A stretch of 64,000 bases of DNA, taken from positions 32,001-96,000 of the forward strand of contig CBDFLJ010000001.1 of the NCBI GenBank assembly GCA_965248835.1, written 5' to 3'. Each line of letters begins with the position of its first letter. Position 1 is the stretch's first letter. The stretch is from Alphaproteobacteria bacterium (GTDB taxonomy: Bacteria > Pseudomonadota > Alphaproteobacteria > MPNO01). Shown in pieces: positions 9,901 through 23,497 of this stretch. Below the pieces are notes generated by a model, which saw nothing but the letters and a program-made list of their open reading frames with translations, was not told where the DNA came from and ran no database searches. A program made the position numbers and the translations under genes.

Positions 9901-10414
9901 CTTCATCGACTACGCAAGGACGCGCCGCCAGTTCGGCGACGTCTCGGTGCTGCCGAGCCTCGCCTATTTCTACGGCATGGAACCGGGCGAGGAGATCGAT
10001 GCCGGGATCGAGCAGGGTAAGCGGCTCATCATCCGTTTCCTCGCGTTGGGCGATGCCGACGAGCATGGCGACCGCAGCGTGTTTTTCGAGCTCAACGGCC
10101 AGCCGCGGTCGATCCGGGTGGTCGACCGGACGGTCGAGCCCGCGCACGCCGCCCACCCCAGGGCGGATGCGGATGACCCCTGCCATGTCGGCGCGCCGAT
10201 GCAGGGCGTGGTCATCGCGCTGGCCGCCGAGCCCGGGCAGACCGTCCGCCGCGGCGATCCGCTCCTGACCCTGGAAGCGATGAAGATGGAAATGGTCGTC
10301 CGTGCCGAGCTGGAAGGGACCGTCGCCGACATCATCGCCCCGGTCGGCACCGCGGTTTCGGCCGGCGACCTGCTGGTCGAGCTCACCCCGGCCGCGCAGC
10401 CCGGACCGGCCTAA
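6950..10414 (+). CDS. pyc: Pyruvate carboxylase
   Basis: KLLVANRGEIAIR biotin carboxylase domain, DTTLRDAHQSLLATR carboxyltransferase domain, EAMKM biotin site. GTG start at 6950. Confidence 0.96.
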   Translation: MQRIRKLLVANRGEIAIRVMRAATELGIRTVSVHSHEDRFALHRFKADESYWIGRSKRPVEAYLDIEDMVAIARMAGADAVHPGYGFLSENPDFAEACAAAGLIFIGPPAAVMRRLGNKISARALAQEAGVPVVPASGPLPDDPAAAVRIADEIGFPVMLKASWGGGGRGMRVIAHAGEVAEAVEAARREAAASFGNDEVYFEKLIGNARHVEVQVLADAHGSILHLFERDCTVQRRHQKIVERAPAPYLDDDMRAALCESARAIARTAGYVNAGTVEFLQDADSGQCYFIEVNPRIQVEHTVTECVTGIDIVKAQIRIAEGARAGDAGGAVPSQDEIAINGHAIQCRVTTENPELDFAPDHGRIHAYRSASGFGIRLDAGNAFPGALITPYYDSLLVKITAWGRTPDEAATRMDRALREFRVRGVATNLRFLEAVIGHADFRNARCTTRFIDQTPELLRFAPRRDRASRLLSFLGEVIVNGNPEVAGHARPKTGPAALPRPAGEGIPPAGTRQKLAELGAEGLVRWVAEQDRVLLTDTTLRDAHQSLLATRMRTHDLVGAVPAYAQDLTGLFSLECWGGATFDVAMRFLNESPWDRLARISEACPNILLQMLLRGANAVGYTSYPDNVVRHFVGQAAEAGIDVFRIFDSLNWVENMRVAIDAVRETGKICEVAICYTGDVDDPARRKYDLGYYVGLAHELADAGTQILGIKDMAGVCRPQAARKLVHALKEAVGLPIHFHTHDTSGIAAASVLAAADAGADIVDAALDSMSGLTSQPNLGAIVEALRRGPRDTGIDPARIRALSDYFEQVRRAYAPFESDMRWGASEVYVHEMPGGQYTNLRQQAAALGLADRWPDVARTYAEVNAMFGDVIKVTPTSKTVGDMALAMVTRDLSVEQVLDPAVEVAFPASVISFFRGEIGQPPGGFPAALQEKVLGGEAPLTVRPGAVLEPVDLASELRDAEKAVHRHIDERELASYLMYPKVFIDYARTRRQFGDVSVLPSLAYFYGMEPGEEIDAGIEQGKRLIIRFLALGDADEHGDRSVFFELNGQPRSIRVVDRTVEPAHAAHPRADADDPCHVGAPMQGVVIALAAEPGQTVRRGDPLLTLEAMKMEMVVRAELEGTVADIIAPVGTAVSAGDLLVELTPAAQPGPA

Positions 10415-11352
10415 CGAAACGACGGATCTTCCGGGTTCAGGTTGTCCGAGTGGGTCGAATCCCGGCCCATATAGACGCCGCGCTCCCAGGTCCGCTTCAA
10501 GGGGTCTTCGACGGAGACCGCCATCCGGCCGATACCCTCGATCTCGATCTCGGCGAGATCGCCGTCCTGCAGCGGGCCGAGCCCTTCATGGTTGGTGCCG
10601 CAACCGATCACGTCGCCCGAATTCAGCGTCATGATCTCGCTCGCCCAGGCGATCAACTCGGGCACCGGGTGCTCCATGTCGGCGGTGTTGTAGTCATGGC
10701 GGAGCTGGCCGCAGTCCCAGAACCGGACATGCAGAGCGTTCGGGTCGGCAACCTCATCGGCGGTCAGGATGGACGGCCCGAGCGGCGCAAAACTGTCGAA
10801 GGACTTTCCCATCCAGCTCCGCGCGCGCCAGGTCGAGCGCCCCTCGCCGCGGGCGGACACGTCGATCAGACAGGTAAAGCCGAACACCGCCCGGCGCCAA
10901 TCCTGCGCGCGCACCTTCTTGGCCGGGCCCCTGATGACGATCGCGAGCTCGGCCTCGTGGTGGAACACCCAGGGCTCGGTCATCTCCGGCAAGACTATGG
11001 TCTCGCCCGGGCCGATCACCGAATCGGGGTTCTTGAGGAACATGTTGAGCGGCCGCGCCTCGCGCTCGCGGTGCTCCCAGTAGTTGCCGATGCAGCACAG
11101 GATCTTGCCCGGGCGCGGCAGCGGAGCGCGCAATCGGACGGAGTCCGCCGGCAACGCCTCGCCATCGGCTGCCAGCCGTTCAAGATCCGGCCGCAACGCA
11201 TCGAATTCGTCGATGATTGCGTTGATCGTCTGCTGCGGTGCCGCATCCGGCCGCGCCCGAACCGCCGCGGCGATACCGACCACCCCGCGCGGCGTGAGCA
11301 GGCCGGGCACCACCGCGCCGTCGGCCGCCGTCTGATAGAGCACGAGCTTCAC
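10411..11352 (-). CDS. Fumarylacetoacetate hydrolase family protein
   Basis: KILCCIGNY, FLK, HHEAELAIVI, GKSFDSFAPLGP motifs. Confidence 0.9.
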   Translation of the reverse strand: MKLVLYQTAADGAVVPGLLTPRGVVGIAAAVRARPDAAPQQTINAIIDEFDALRPDLERLAADGEALPADSVRLRAPLPRPGKILCCIGNYWEHREREARPLNMFLKNPDSVIGPGETIVLPEMTEPWVFHHEAELAIVIRGPAKKVRAQDWRRAVFGFTCLIDVSARGEGRSTWRARSWMGKSFDSFAPLGPSILTADEVADPNALHVRFWDCGQLRHDYNTADMEHPVPELIAWASEIMTLNSGDVIGCGTNHEGLGPLQDGDLAEIEIEGIGRMAVSVEDPLKRTWERGVYMGRDSTHSDNLNPEDPSFR

Positions 11353-11379
11353 CGCTACCTCCCCGCCGGGTGCCCCGGC

Positions 11380-11790
11380 TCAGCCCCGCGCGGTCTTGAA
11401 CAGGTAGGCCGCGAAGTCGGCGGGCTTGAGCTTGAAGTCCCGAGTCGCCTCACCGGCCAGCGCCCGCTCGACCAGGATGCCGTTCTCGACCTTCTCGGGC
11501 TTTACGCGAAAGACCCCGGAGGTTCCCCTGATGCGCGGGTAGTAGTTCGGATCGAGCACCGTCTCCCGCGCTGCGAGGCGTTCGAGGACCGCCTCTTCGC
11601 TCAGAGACTCGTCTTCCGCTTTGACCAGCGTCCAGTCCGTCGCGCGGCCGCATTCCTGTTCATTCAGCGCCGCGACCGCCGCCTTGGCAGTGTCTTCGGT
11701 CACGCCGACCTTGAACAGGTGCTTGCTGATCCCGACATCCCCGCCCCAGTCCGACAGCGTTTTCGAGCGGGCGACATAGATGACGGCCAT
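11380..11790 (-). CDS. Hypothetical protein (weak GIY-YIG/T5orf172-like N-terminus)
   Basis: GGAGG RBS, host-like codon usage, VIYV...LFKVGVT motif. Confidence 0.7.
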   Translation of the reverse strand: MAVIYVARSKTLSDWGGDVGISKHLFKVGVTEDTAKAAVAALNEQECGRATDWTLVKAEDESLSEEAVLERLAARETVLDPNYYPRIRGTSGVFRVKPEKVENGILVERALAGEATRDFKLKPADFAAYLFKTARG

Positions 11791-11805
11791 GGCCTGCCTC
11801 CCCGG

Positions 11806-12855
11806 CTAGGTTTGCGCGCAGTCCAGAGCATGTTCCGCTCGCACAGGGTCGGCCAAGCCGAATTGGCGGGCCAACAGAGCGTAGCTCCTGCGGCGGACGG
11901 CCTCGTCATGAGTCCAGGTGACGACCGCGATCTCCTGGACATCGAGCCGCTCGGCGAGCTCGCGGATCTGTGCCGCGACGCGCTCGGGCGTGCCGACGAA
12001 CGCGCGCCGACGAAGCTCGTCGAGGCGCGCGGCCTCCTGCGCGCTATAGGGATGGGCCGCCGCGACCTCGGGCGGGTCGAGCGGCAGGTAGATCCCCTGG
12101 TTGCGGAAGAGTTGCCATTTCGCCCGCGGCCAATAGTGATGCTGGGCTTCTTCCTCGGACTCCGCGGCGAGCGCCCAGACGCACAGCCCGCCATGGGGAA
12201 TCGGGTGACGCTCGCTCGATCGGTAAGTCTCGCGGTAGATCTCCAGCGCCTCCCGTCCGCCGCGCCCGTCGGTGAAGAACCAGGCGAAGCAGTAGGGCAG
12301 GCCGAAATGCGCCGCCACCTGCGCGCCGTAGTCGGAGCTGCCGAGCACCCAGACCTCCGGCACGGTCTCGCCCTGAGGGTAGGCGCGCACCTTGGCAAAC
12401 GGATGGCCTTCGACCAGCGGTGTGCCCGCCACCCAGGCCAGCAGATCCCGCACGTCGGCCGGAAACTGGTGCGGCCGATCGTTGGCCATGGGATGCAGCG
12501 CGAACGCCGTCAGGCCGTCGGAGCCCGGCGCCCGGCCGAGCCCGAGATCGATCCGCCCGGGCGCCAGCGCGTCGAGCACGCGGAACTGCTCGGCGACCTT
12601 GAAGGGCGAATAGTGCGGCAGCATCACACCGGCGCTGCCGATCCGGATGCGCCGTGTGGTCGCAGCAATGGCGGCGATCAGGATCTCGGGCGCGGTGCCG
12701 AGGATGGTCGGGTGGTTGTGGTGCTCGGAGACCCAGAAGCGATGATAGCCCAGGGACTCGCAATGCGCGGCAAGTGCCAACGTATCGCGGATCGTCCGGT
12801 CGTGGGGCCGTCCGGCCGCGGCGATCGACTGGTCGAGAACGGAAAGGCGCAGCAC
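11806..12855 (-). CDS. LLM class flavin-dependent oxidoreductase (luciferase-like)
   Basis: LSVLDQS, FWVSEHH, IRIGSAGVMLPHYSP, GRIDLGLGRAPG. Confidence 0.92.
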   Translation of the reverse strand: MLRLSVLDQSIAAAGRPHDRTIRDTLALAAHCESLGYHRFWVSEHHNHPTILGTAPEILIAAIAATTRRIRIGSAGVMLPHYSPFKVAEQFRVLDALAPGRIDLGLGRAPGSDGLTAFALHPMANDRPHQFPADVRDLLAWVAGTPLVEGHPFAKVRAYPQGETVPEVWVLGSSDYGAQVAAHFGLPYCFAWFFTDGRGGREALEIYRETYRSSERHPIPHGGLCVWALAAESEEEAQHHYWPRAKWQLFRNQGIYLPLDPPEVAAAHPYSAQEAARLDELRRRAFVGTPERVAAQIRELAERLDVQEIAVVTWTHDEAVRRRSYALLARQFGLADPVRAEHALDCAQT

Positions 12856-12881
12856 ACGGGGCTCCGGTTCGAATGCGGCGC

Positions 12882-13355
12882 TCAGAGCGCGGCGATGCAG
12901 CTTTGCAGCGCGGCCGCTTCGGCGCGCTCGAAAGCCTCGGCGAGCGCGGCTTCATCCGCTTCGGGGCTCGGCCCCGCTTCGGCCCGCAACGCGAAGGGAA
13001 TGCCCGCACTGCTGCCGGCCAGCTCGGCCGCGCCGTCGGCGCGCGCGATCCGCGCACGGCCATGACGGGTTATTTCGATGTCGGAGCCTTCGACGACGAG
13101 CCGGCAGCGAACGACGGCTTCGTCACCCTCGCGCAGCCGCCCGATCACCGTATGCGACCAGCCCTCGGTCGGCCGGCCGGCGGTCTCGAATCCCGTCGCC
13201 GCAGCGGCGGATGCCAAGCGCGACCGGGTCTGCGCACGCCTCGGCGGCACGGTGGCCGGTGCCTCGCCGTACAGCGCCTCCAGCCTCTTGCGGCCGTCCT
13301 CCAGAATCCGATCGAAGGGTCGTGACGGCGGCTCGCGGGCGTCGGCGGCGGCCAT
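12882..13355 (-). CDS. Hypothetical protein
   Basis: Fills the gap in a minus-strand gene run. No recognisable motif and the start is uncertain. Confidence 0.55.
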   Translation of the reverse strand: MAAADAREPPSRPFDRILEDGRKRLEALYGEAPATVPPRRAQTRSRLASAAAATGFETAGRPTEGWSHTVIGRLREGDEAVVRCRLVVEGSDIEITRHGRARIARADGAAELAGSSAGIPFALRAEAGPSPEADEAALAEAFERAEAAALQSCIAAL

Positions 13356-13362
13356 GGCGCGC

Positions 13363-14076
13363 TCAGCCTTCGGCGCCGGCGGGAGCCGACCACCAGCGAT
13401 GAAAGTCATCGGCGGCCGCCACGGCCAGCCCGCCTTCGATCGTCAGCGTGCCGAGATAGTCGATGACCTCGGCGCCGGTCACCACGTCGCCGTACTTGGC
13501 TTCGATATCGAACAGGTTCGCCTCATGCGGGCCGTCCGCCCGGTCGCCGACGGCATCGCCGACGACGACAGTGTGAAAGCCATGCTGGATCGAATCAATC
13601 GCCGAGGCGCGGATGCAGCCGCTGGTCGTGCACCCGGTCATGACCAGGGTATCGATGCCGAGGCCGGCGAGATAGGCATCGAGCCCGGTGCCGAAAAAGG
13701 CGCTCGCCATTTTCTTTTCGAGCACGTATTCGCCGGGGCGCGGACGGACCCGGTCGTCCACCGCAACCATGGCCGTGCCCTTCCTGAGGATCTCCAGCGA
13801 GGGGACCTTGCGCATCCACATGCCGCCGTCCCGGAGGTCGCTCTCATAGGCGATGACGGTGTATATGACCGGCAGCCGGGCGCTTCGGAAGGAGGAGAGC
13901 AGACCCTGCGTGACCGCGATCTCGGCCGAAAAATCCCCACCCAGCGGCGTCGCCGGATCGGTGAAGCCGTTGATGAAATCGATGACCAGGAGCGCCGGCG
14001 TCCGCCCGTAGCCGGTGCGCACCGCAAAGCCCTTGCGCTTGTAGTCCGCGCGCGTTGCGTCTTCCCATTCCGCCAT
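13363..14076 (-). CDS. Isochorismatase-family cysteine hydrolase (N-carbamoylsarcosine/maleamate amidase-like)
   Basis: Triad motifs LLVIDF, KKMASAF and GCTTSGCIRAS. GGAGG RBS. Confidence 0.88.
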   Translation of the reverse strand: MAEWEDATRADYKRKGFAVRTGYGRTPALLVIDFINGFTDPATPLGGDFSAEIAVTQGLLSSFRSARLPVIYTVIAYESDLRDGGMWMRKVPSLEILRKGTAMVAVDDRVRPRPGEYVLEKKMASAFFGTGLDAYLAGLGIDTLVMTGCTTSGCIRASAIDSIQHGFHTVVVGDAVGDRADGPHEANLFDIEAKYGDVVTGAEVIDYLGTLTIEGGLAVAAADDFHRWWSAPAGAEG

Positions 14077-14260
14077 GACATGCCTCCGACGGTCACGATA
14101 CCCGGCGGCCGGGATGCCATCAACCGGGTCACAGGCCACGCCCGTGGGCTGCCCCGATAGCCGGGCGCGTTTGGCCGTTGGATCTTTTCGAGGCGCAAAT
14201 ATAGTCTCGCCGCAACCGTCCCGGACGCGGCTTGCGGTCCATCGAAGGCATTGGCATCCC

Positions 14261-15943
<1,683 letters not shown>

Positions 15944-16006
15944 GCCGGACCATGTTCGGAGCAAGCGGACCGGCGCGCCCGCCCGCCGCCGGACAGGTGC
16001 CGGCCG

Positions 16007-16612
16007 TCAATCGGCGCCGATCTTCTTGCGAAGCACCGCCAGCAGGCCTTCGACCTTGCCGCCGTTGCTACGAATTACGGCCGCGAATTCGTCGCGCTGG
16101 GTGACCGACATGCTGATCCCCTCGACAATCACGTCGACGATTCGCAAGCCGTCGTCCTTTGTCCTCACGCGCCAGCCGACACGCACCGGGGGACGCCCCT
16201 GCTTGACCTGGACCTCCGATTGCACCAAATCGTCGCGCGCGCTGATCGAGCGGCTCTTGTGGACCCGGAAGCGCTTCACCCTGAGGTCGCCGAACCGGTT
16301 GGCGTAAGCCTGCACCAGGAATTTCTCGAACAGCCGACGGTACTCGGCGCGCTGATCGGGCGAGGCCAGCCGCCAATAGCGCCCAAGGGAGAACCGCGCG
16401 ATGGTCTTCAGATCGAACGAATCCCTGAGGATCTCGCGGAAGCGCTGGATCCGCTGCTCGTCGGTAATATCGGCGGCCAAGGAGGTCAAGGCGCGTTCGC
16501 CGGTGCTGCGCACGAACGCCTCGGTCGCGCCGGCCTGCGCCGGGGCGCTGCCGGCAGCGAGGAAGCAAACCGTCAAAAGGGCGAACCGCAGGGCCGACCG
16601 GCCTCGAAGCAT
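16007..16612 (-). CDS. mlaC: MlaC/Ttg2D phospholipid-binding periplasmic protein
   Basis: Signal peptide, ARFSLGRYWR, IVDVIVEGISMSVTQRDEF. Adjacent to mlaA. Confidence 0.88.
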   Translation of the reverse strand: MLRGRSALRFALLTVCFLAAGSAPAQAGATEAFVRSTGERALTSLAADITDEQRIQRFREILRDSFDLKTIARFSLGRYWRLASPDQRAEYRRLFEKFLVQAYANRFGDLRVKRFRVHKSRSISARDDLVQSEVQVKQGRPPVRVGWRVRTKDDGLRIVDVIVEGISMSVTQRDEFAAVIRSNGGKVEGLLAVLRKKIGAD

Positions 16613-16657
16613 GGCGTCAATCCGCTACCGGGGGTGGTGCGGCTCCTGAATCCCGAA

Positions 16658-17443
16658 TCAGTCTTTCCATATGAATGGAATTCTCGGCAAGGATTGAAGC
16701 GTTCCCGATGCTCCATTTCGGATTGCATCGGCTCTCCTCTGGCGATAGAGGCTGCGGACCGCTGCGTAGTAATCCAGCGACGTGTTTTCCAGCCGGTTTA
16801 TCGCATCGTATTCGCGTGCCCGGGAATGGGTCACACCAACACCGAACCTCGCATAGTTGAACCGGTTAGGCGAAAGATAGGTGAATGGATCGATGAAAAG
16901 ATCGACCACCTTGCCGACCGCGTCGCGCGGGTTCGACGGACCCAGAAACGGCAGCATCAGGTAAAACCCTTCGCCGACGCCCCAGACCGCCGCGGTCTGT
17001 CCGAAATCCTCATCATGCTTGGCGATGCCGAACTCTGCCGCGATATCCGCGACGCCGATAAAGCCGAACCCGGAATTCATCATGAACCGGAGCAGCGTGC
17101 TGCCGGCGCGCCCGAACTCGCCCTGCAACAACTCGTTGGTGAAAATGATCGGCGCGCGTAGGTTGTCCAGAAAATTGCCGATCATGATCTGGATCGGATC
17201 GGGCACGGCCTCTTTGTAGACGAAGGCGACCGGTTTCAGGACCGCCTTGTCGAGCGCGAGGTTGACCGCGAAGATGCCGCGGTTCAGCGGTTCGATCGGA
17301 TCGTTGACCTTGTCATAGGCGGCGACCGCGGCCGGGTCGTCCCCAGGCGGTGCGCTGGCACATCCAGCGATCGCAAACACAAGGCAGGCACCACCGACGG
17401 CCATCAGAGCGGCGGCGGACATGCTGCGCTTCTTCATGGGCAT
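16658..17443 (-). CDS. mlaA: MlaA/VacJ family lipoprotein
   Basis: Lipobox IAGC, NDPIEPLNR, EDFGQT, LPFLGPSNPRD. Confidence 0.92.
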   Translation of the reverse strand: MPMKKRSMSAAALMAVGGACLVFAIAGCASAPPGDDPAAVAAYDKVNDPIEPLNRGIFAVNLALDKAVLKPVAFVYKEAVPDPIQIMIGNFLDNLRAPIIFTNELLQGEFGRAGSTLLRFMMNSGFGFIGVADIAAEFGIAKHDEDFGQTAAVWGVGEGFYLMLPFLGPSNPRDAVGKVVDLFIDPFTYLSPNRFNYARFGVGVTHSRAREYDAINRLENTSLDYYAAVRSLYRQRRADAIRNGASGTLQSLPRIPFIWKD

Positions 17444-17693
17444 CGGATCCTTAGGCCACCGAATTCGAGCCTCATCGTTCTCGGCTGCGATGATCTGAAC
17501 TACGCTCTACCCCGGCAAGGCACACCATCTCTGCAAAGGCCTCCTCGAAGCGCCCTCCTGCCATTAGACGAAATGGCGTATCACAGCGCACGCGCAATTG
17601 CGAGTCCGCGCAGCGCGGCGGCCGCACATCGCCGGCCGGCCGTTGCAGCATGCGCACAACCGCCACGGTCCGTGCAATCGGACGACCGAGGCA

Positions 17694-17724
17694 TTGACTT
17701 AATGACATACATATATCTTTATGT
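17694..17724 (+). promoter_or_regulatory. Promoter -35 (TTGACT) with a SahR-type operator just downstream (ACATACATATATCTTTATGT, 17705-17724)
   Basis: AT-rich imperfect 20-bp palindrome resembling the recalled SahR box (ATAAAG-ATAT-CTTTAT core), directly upstream of sahR-metF-metH. Confidence 0.72.
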
Positions 17725-17758
17725 ATTGATAAGCGTGGGCCTGGGCTGGAGGGAGCAT

Positions 17759-18757
17759 TTGGACACTCTGTTGAGCGCATTGCGTGCCGTCGCCGAGCCG
17801 ACCCGGCTGAGGCTGTTGGCGGCCTGCGCGCAGGGCGAGATGACGGTCAGCGAGCTTACGACGATTCTCGGCCAAAGCCAGCCTCGGATCTCGCGTCATC
17901 TCAAGGTGATGTGCGATGCCGGCCTGCTCGAGCGGTTCCGCGAGGGATCCTGGGTATTCTACCGCCTGGTCGAGCCGCGCACCGGCCCCGCCGGGGCACT
18001 CGCCAAGGACGTGCTGGCCCTGATCCCCGAGGATGCGGCGGGCCTCGCGCGCGACCGGATGCGCATTGCCCAGATCAAGGATGCCCGCGCGGCCCGCGCC
18101 GCGGCCTATTTCCGCGCCAATGCCGCGCAATGGGACGGCATTCGCTCGATGCATATCGACGAGCATGTCGTGGAGCGGGCGCTGCAGGAAGCGTTGCCTG
18201 CGGATCGCATCGAGGACCTGCTGGATATCGGGACCGGGACCGGAAGGATTCTGGAGCTGCTCGGGCCCAGGATCGGCTACGGCGTCGGCATCGATCTGTC
18301 GCGTGCAATGCTTGCGGTCGCGCGCGCCAATCTCGAAGCGCGCGCGCTGACCAACTGCCAGGTGCGCCAGGGCGACATGTACGACCTGCCGTGGGACGAT
18401 GCCCGTTTCGATGCGGTGACCATCCATCAGGTGCTGCATTTCGCGGACGACCCGGCGGCCGCGATCGCCGAGGCCGCGCGGGTGCTGCGCGTGGGCGGCC
18501 GGATCGCTATCGTCGATTTCACGCCGCACGACCGCGAGGAGTTGCGGATCGAGCACGCCCACCGCCGTCTGGGCTTCGGCGACGAGGAAGTCGCGGACTG
18601 GTTTCGCGCCGCCGGGCTGCGGCTGGACAGCATCCGCCATCTGGCCGGCGATCCGCTGACGGTCGGCCTGTGGGCGGCCGGCCGGGACGTCGATGCCGGG
18701 CGGGCCGGCGTGGGCGCGACCGCGGCCGCAAGCCCCGCCTTGGCAGCCTCCCCATGA
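17759..18757 (+). CDS. sahR: ArsR-HTH / SAM-methyltransferase-fold regulator SahR
   Basis: AEPTRLRLL..GQSQPRISRHLK HTH plus LLDIGTGTG SAM motif. TTG start, ATGA overlap with metF. Confidence 0.85.
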   Translation: MDTLLSALRAVAEPTRLRLLAACAQGEMTVSELTTILGQSQPRISRHLKVMCDAGLLERFREGSWVFYRLVEPRTGPAGALAKDVLALIPEDAAGLARDRMRIAQIKDARAARAAAYFRANAAQWDGIRSMHIDEHVVERALQEALPADRIEDLLDIGTGTGRILELLGPRIGYGVGIDLSRAMLAVARANLEARALTNCQVRQGDMYDLPWDDARFDAVTIHQVLHFADDPAAAIAEAARVLRVGGRIAIVDFTPHDREELRIEHAHRRLGFGDEEVADWFRAAGLRLDSIRHLAGDPLTVGLWAAGRDVDAGRAGVGATAAASPALAASP

Positions 18758-19697
18758 CCGGGCGTGGCCCGACCCCTTCGGCGCCGCTGACGCTGCCCAG
18801 CCCGCCCGGAAGCGGCAAGAACCTCAAGGTCTCCTTCGAGTTCTTCCCGCCCAAGAACGACAAGGCGGAGGCCGCCCTTTGGGACTCGATCGCCAGGCTG
18901 GAATCGCTGCGGCCGCGTTTCGTCTCGGTGACCTACGGCGCCGGCGGCTCGACCCGCGACCGGACCCACCAGACCGTCACCCGCATCCAAAGCCAGACCC
19001 CTCTTCAGGCCGCGGCGCATCTGACCTGCGTCGCCGCGACCCGGGATGAGGTCGACGACGTGGCCCGCCGCTATTGGCAAGCCGGCATCCGCCATATCGT
19101 TGCTCTGCGCGGCGATCCGCCGGAAGGCGAGGCCGGCTACCGGCCGCACGACAACGGCTATGCCTATGCCGCCGATCTCGTCGGCGGTCTGAAGCGCATC
19201 GCCGATTTCGAGATCAGCGTGGCCGCCTATCCGGAAACCCATCCCGAGGCGCCGACCGCCGAGGCCGACATCGACAACCTCAAGCGCAAGATCGATGCCG
19301 GGGCGAGCCGGGCGATCACCCAGTACTTTTTCGACATCGAGGTGTATTTGCGGTTCATCGACCGGGTGCGCGCGGCCGGCGTCAGCCTGCCGATCGTTCC
19401 GGGGATTCTGCCGGTGACCAACTTCGCCCAGATCGTGCGCTTCAGCGCGATGTGCGGCGCTTCGGTGCCGGATTGGATGGCCGATCTCTTCGACGGCCTG
19501 GACGAGGATCCGGAGACCCGCAAGCTCGTCGCGGCGACGATCGCGGCCGAGCAATGCCGCCTGCTGCAGGCCAATGGCGTGGACGAGTTCCATTTCTACA
19601 CCCTCAACCGCGCGGACCTGGTCTACGCGATCGCCCACATCCTGGGGATGCGGCCGGTACATGGCACGCAAGCCCCGGCCGTCAGAGAGTCAGGCTG

Positions 19698-19698
<1 letters not shown>
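18754..19698 (+). CDS. metF: 5,10-methylenetetrahydrofolate reductase
   Basis: [34 protein letters not shown]. Confidence 0.96.
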
Positions 19699-23450
<3,752 letters not shown>

Positions 23451-23497
23451 TACAGCGATGACCGCCGCCGGTTTCGTGCCCCCGGTGCCGCAAAGCG

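Noticed and set aside
10450-13065. 871-aa plus-strand ORF, and similar long shadow ORFs (23438-25540, 28799-31195, 38761-41115, 52316-55027)
   Set aside because: They are antisense to well-supported genes, have no motifs, and are expected from stop-codon scarcity in high-GC DNA.
4392-14076. Catechol siderophore cluster (DhbE-like ligase, SDR, isochorismatase)
   Set aside because: There is no NRPS, carrier protein, isochorismate synthase or TonB receptor. The isochorismatase-family protein keeps the amidase Cys.
14111-14260. GGGATGCCA...TGGCATCCC inverted repeat before ettA
   Set aside because: Only 9 bp with a spacer of about 130 bp, which is compatible with chance.
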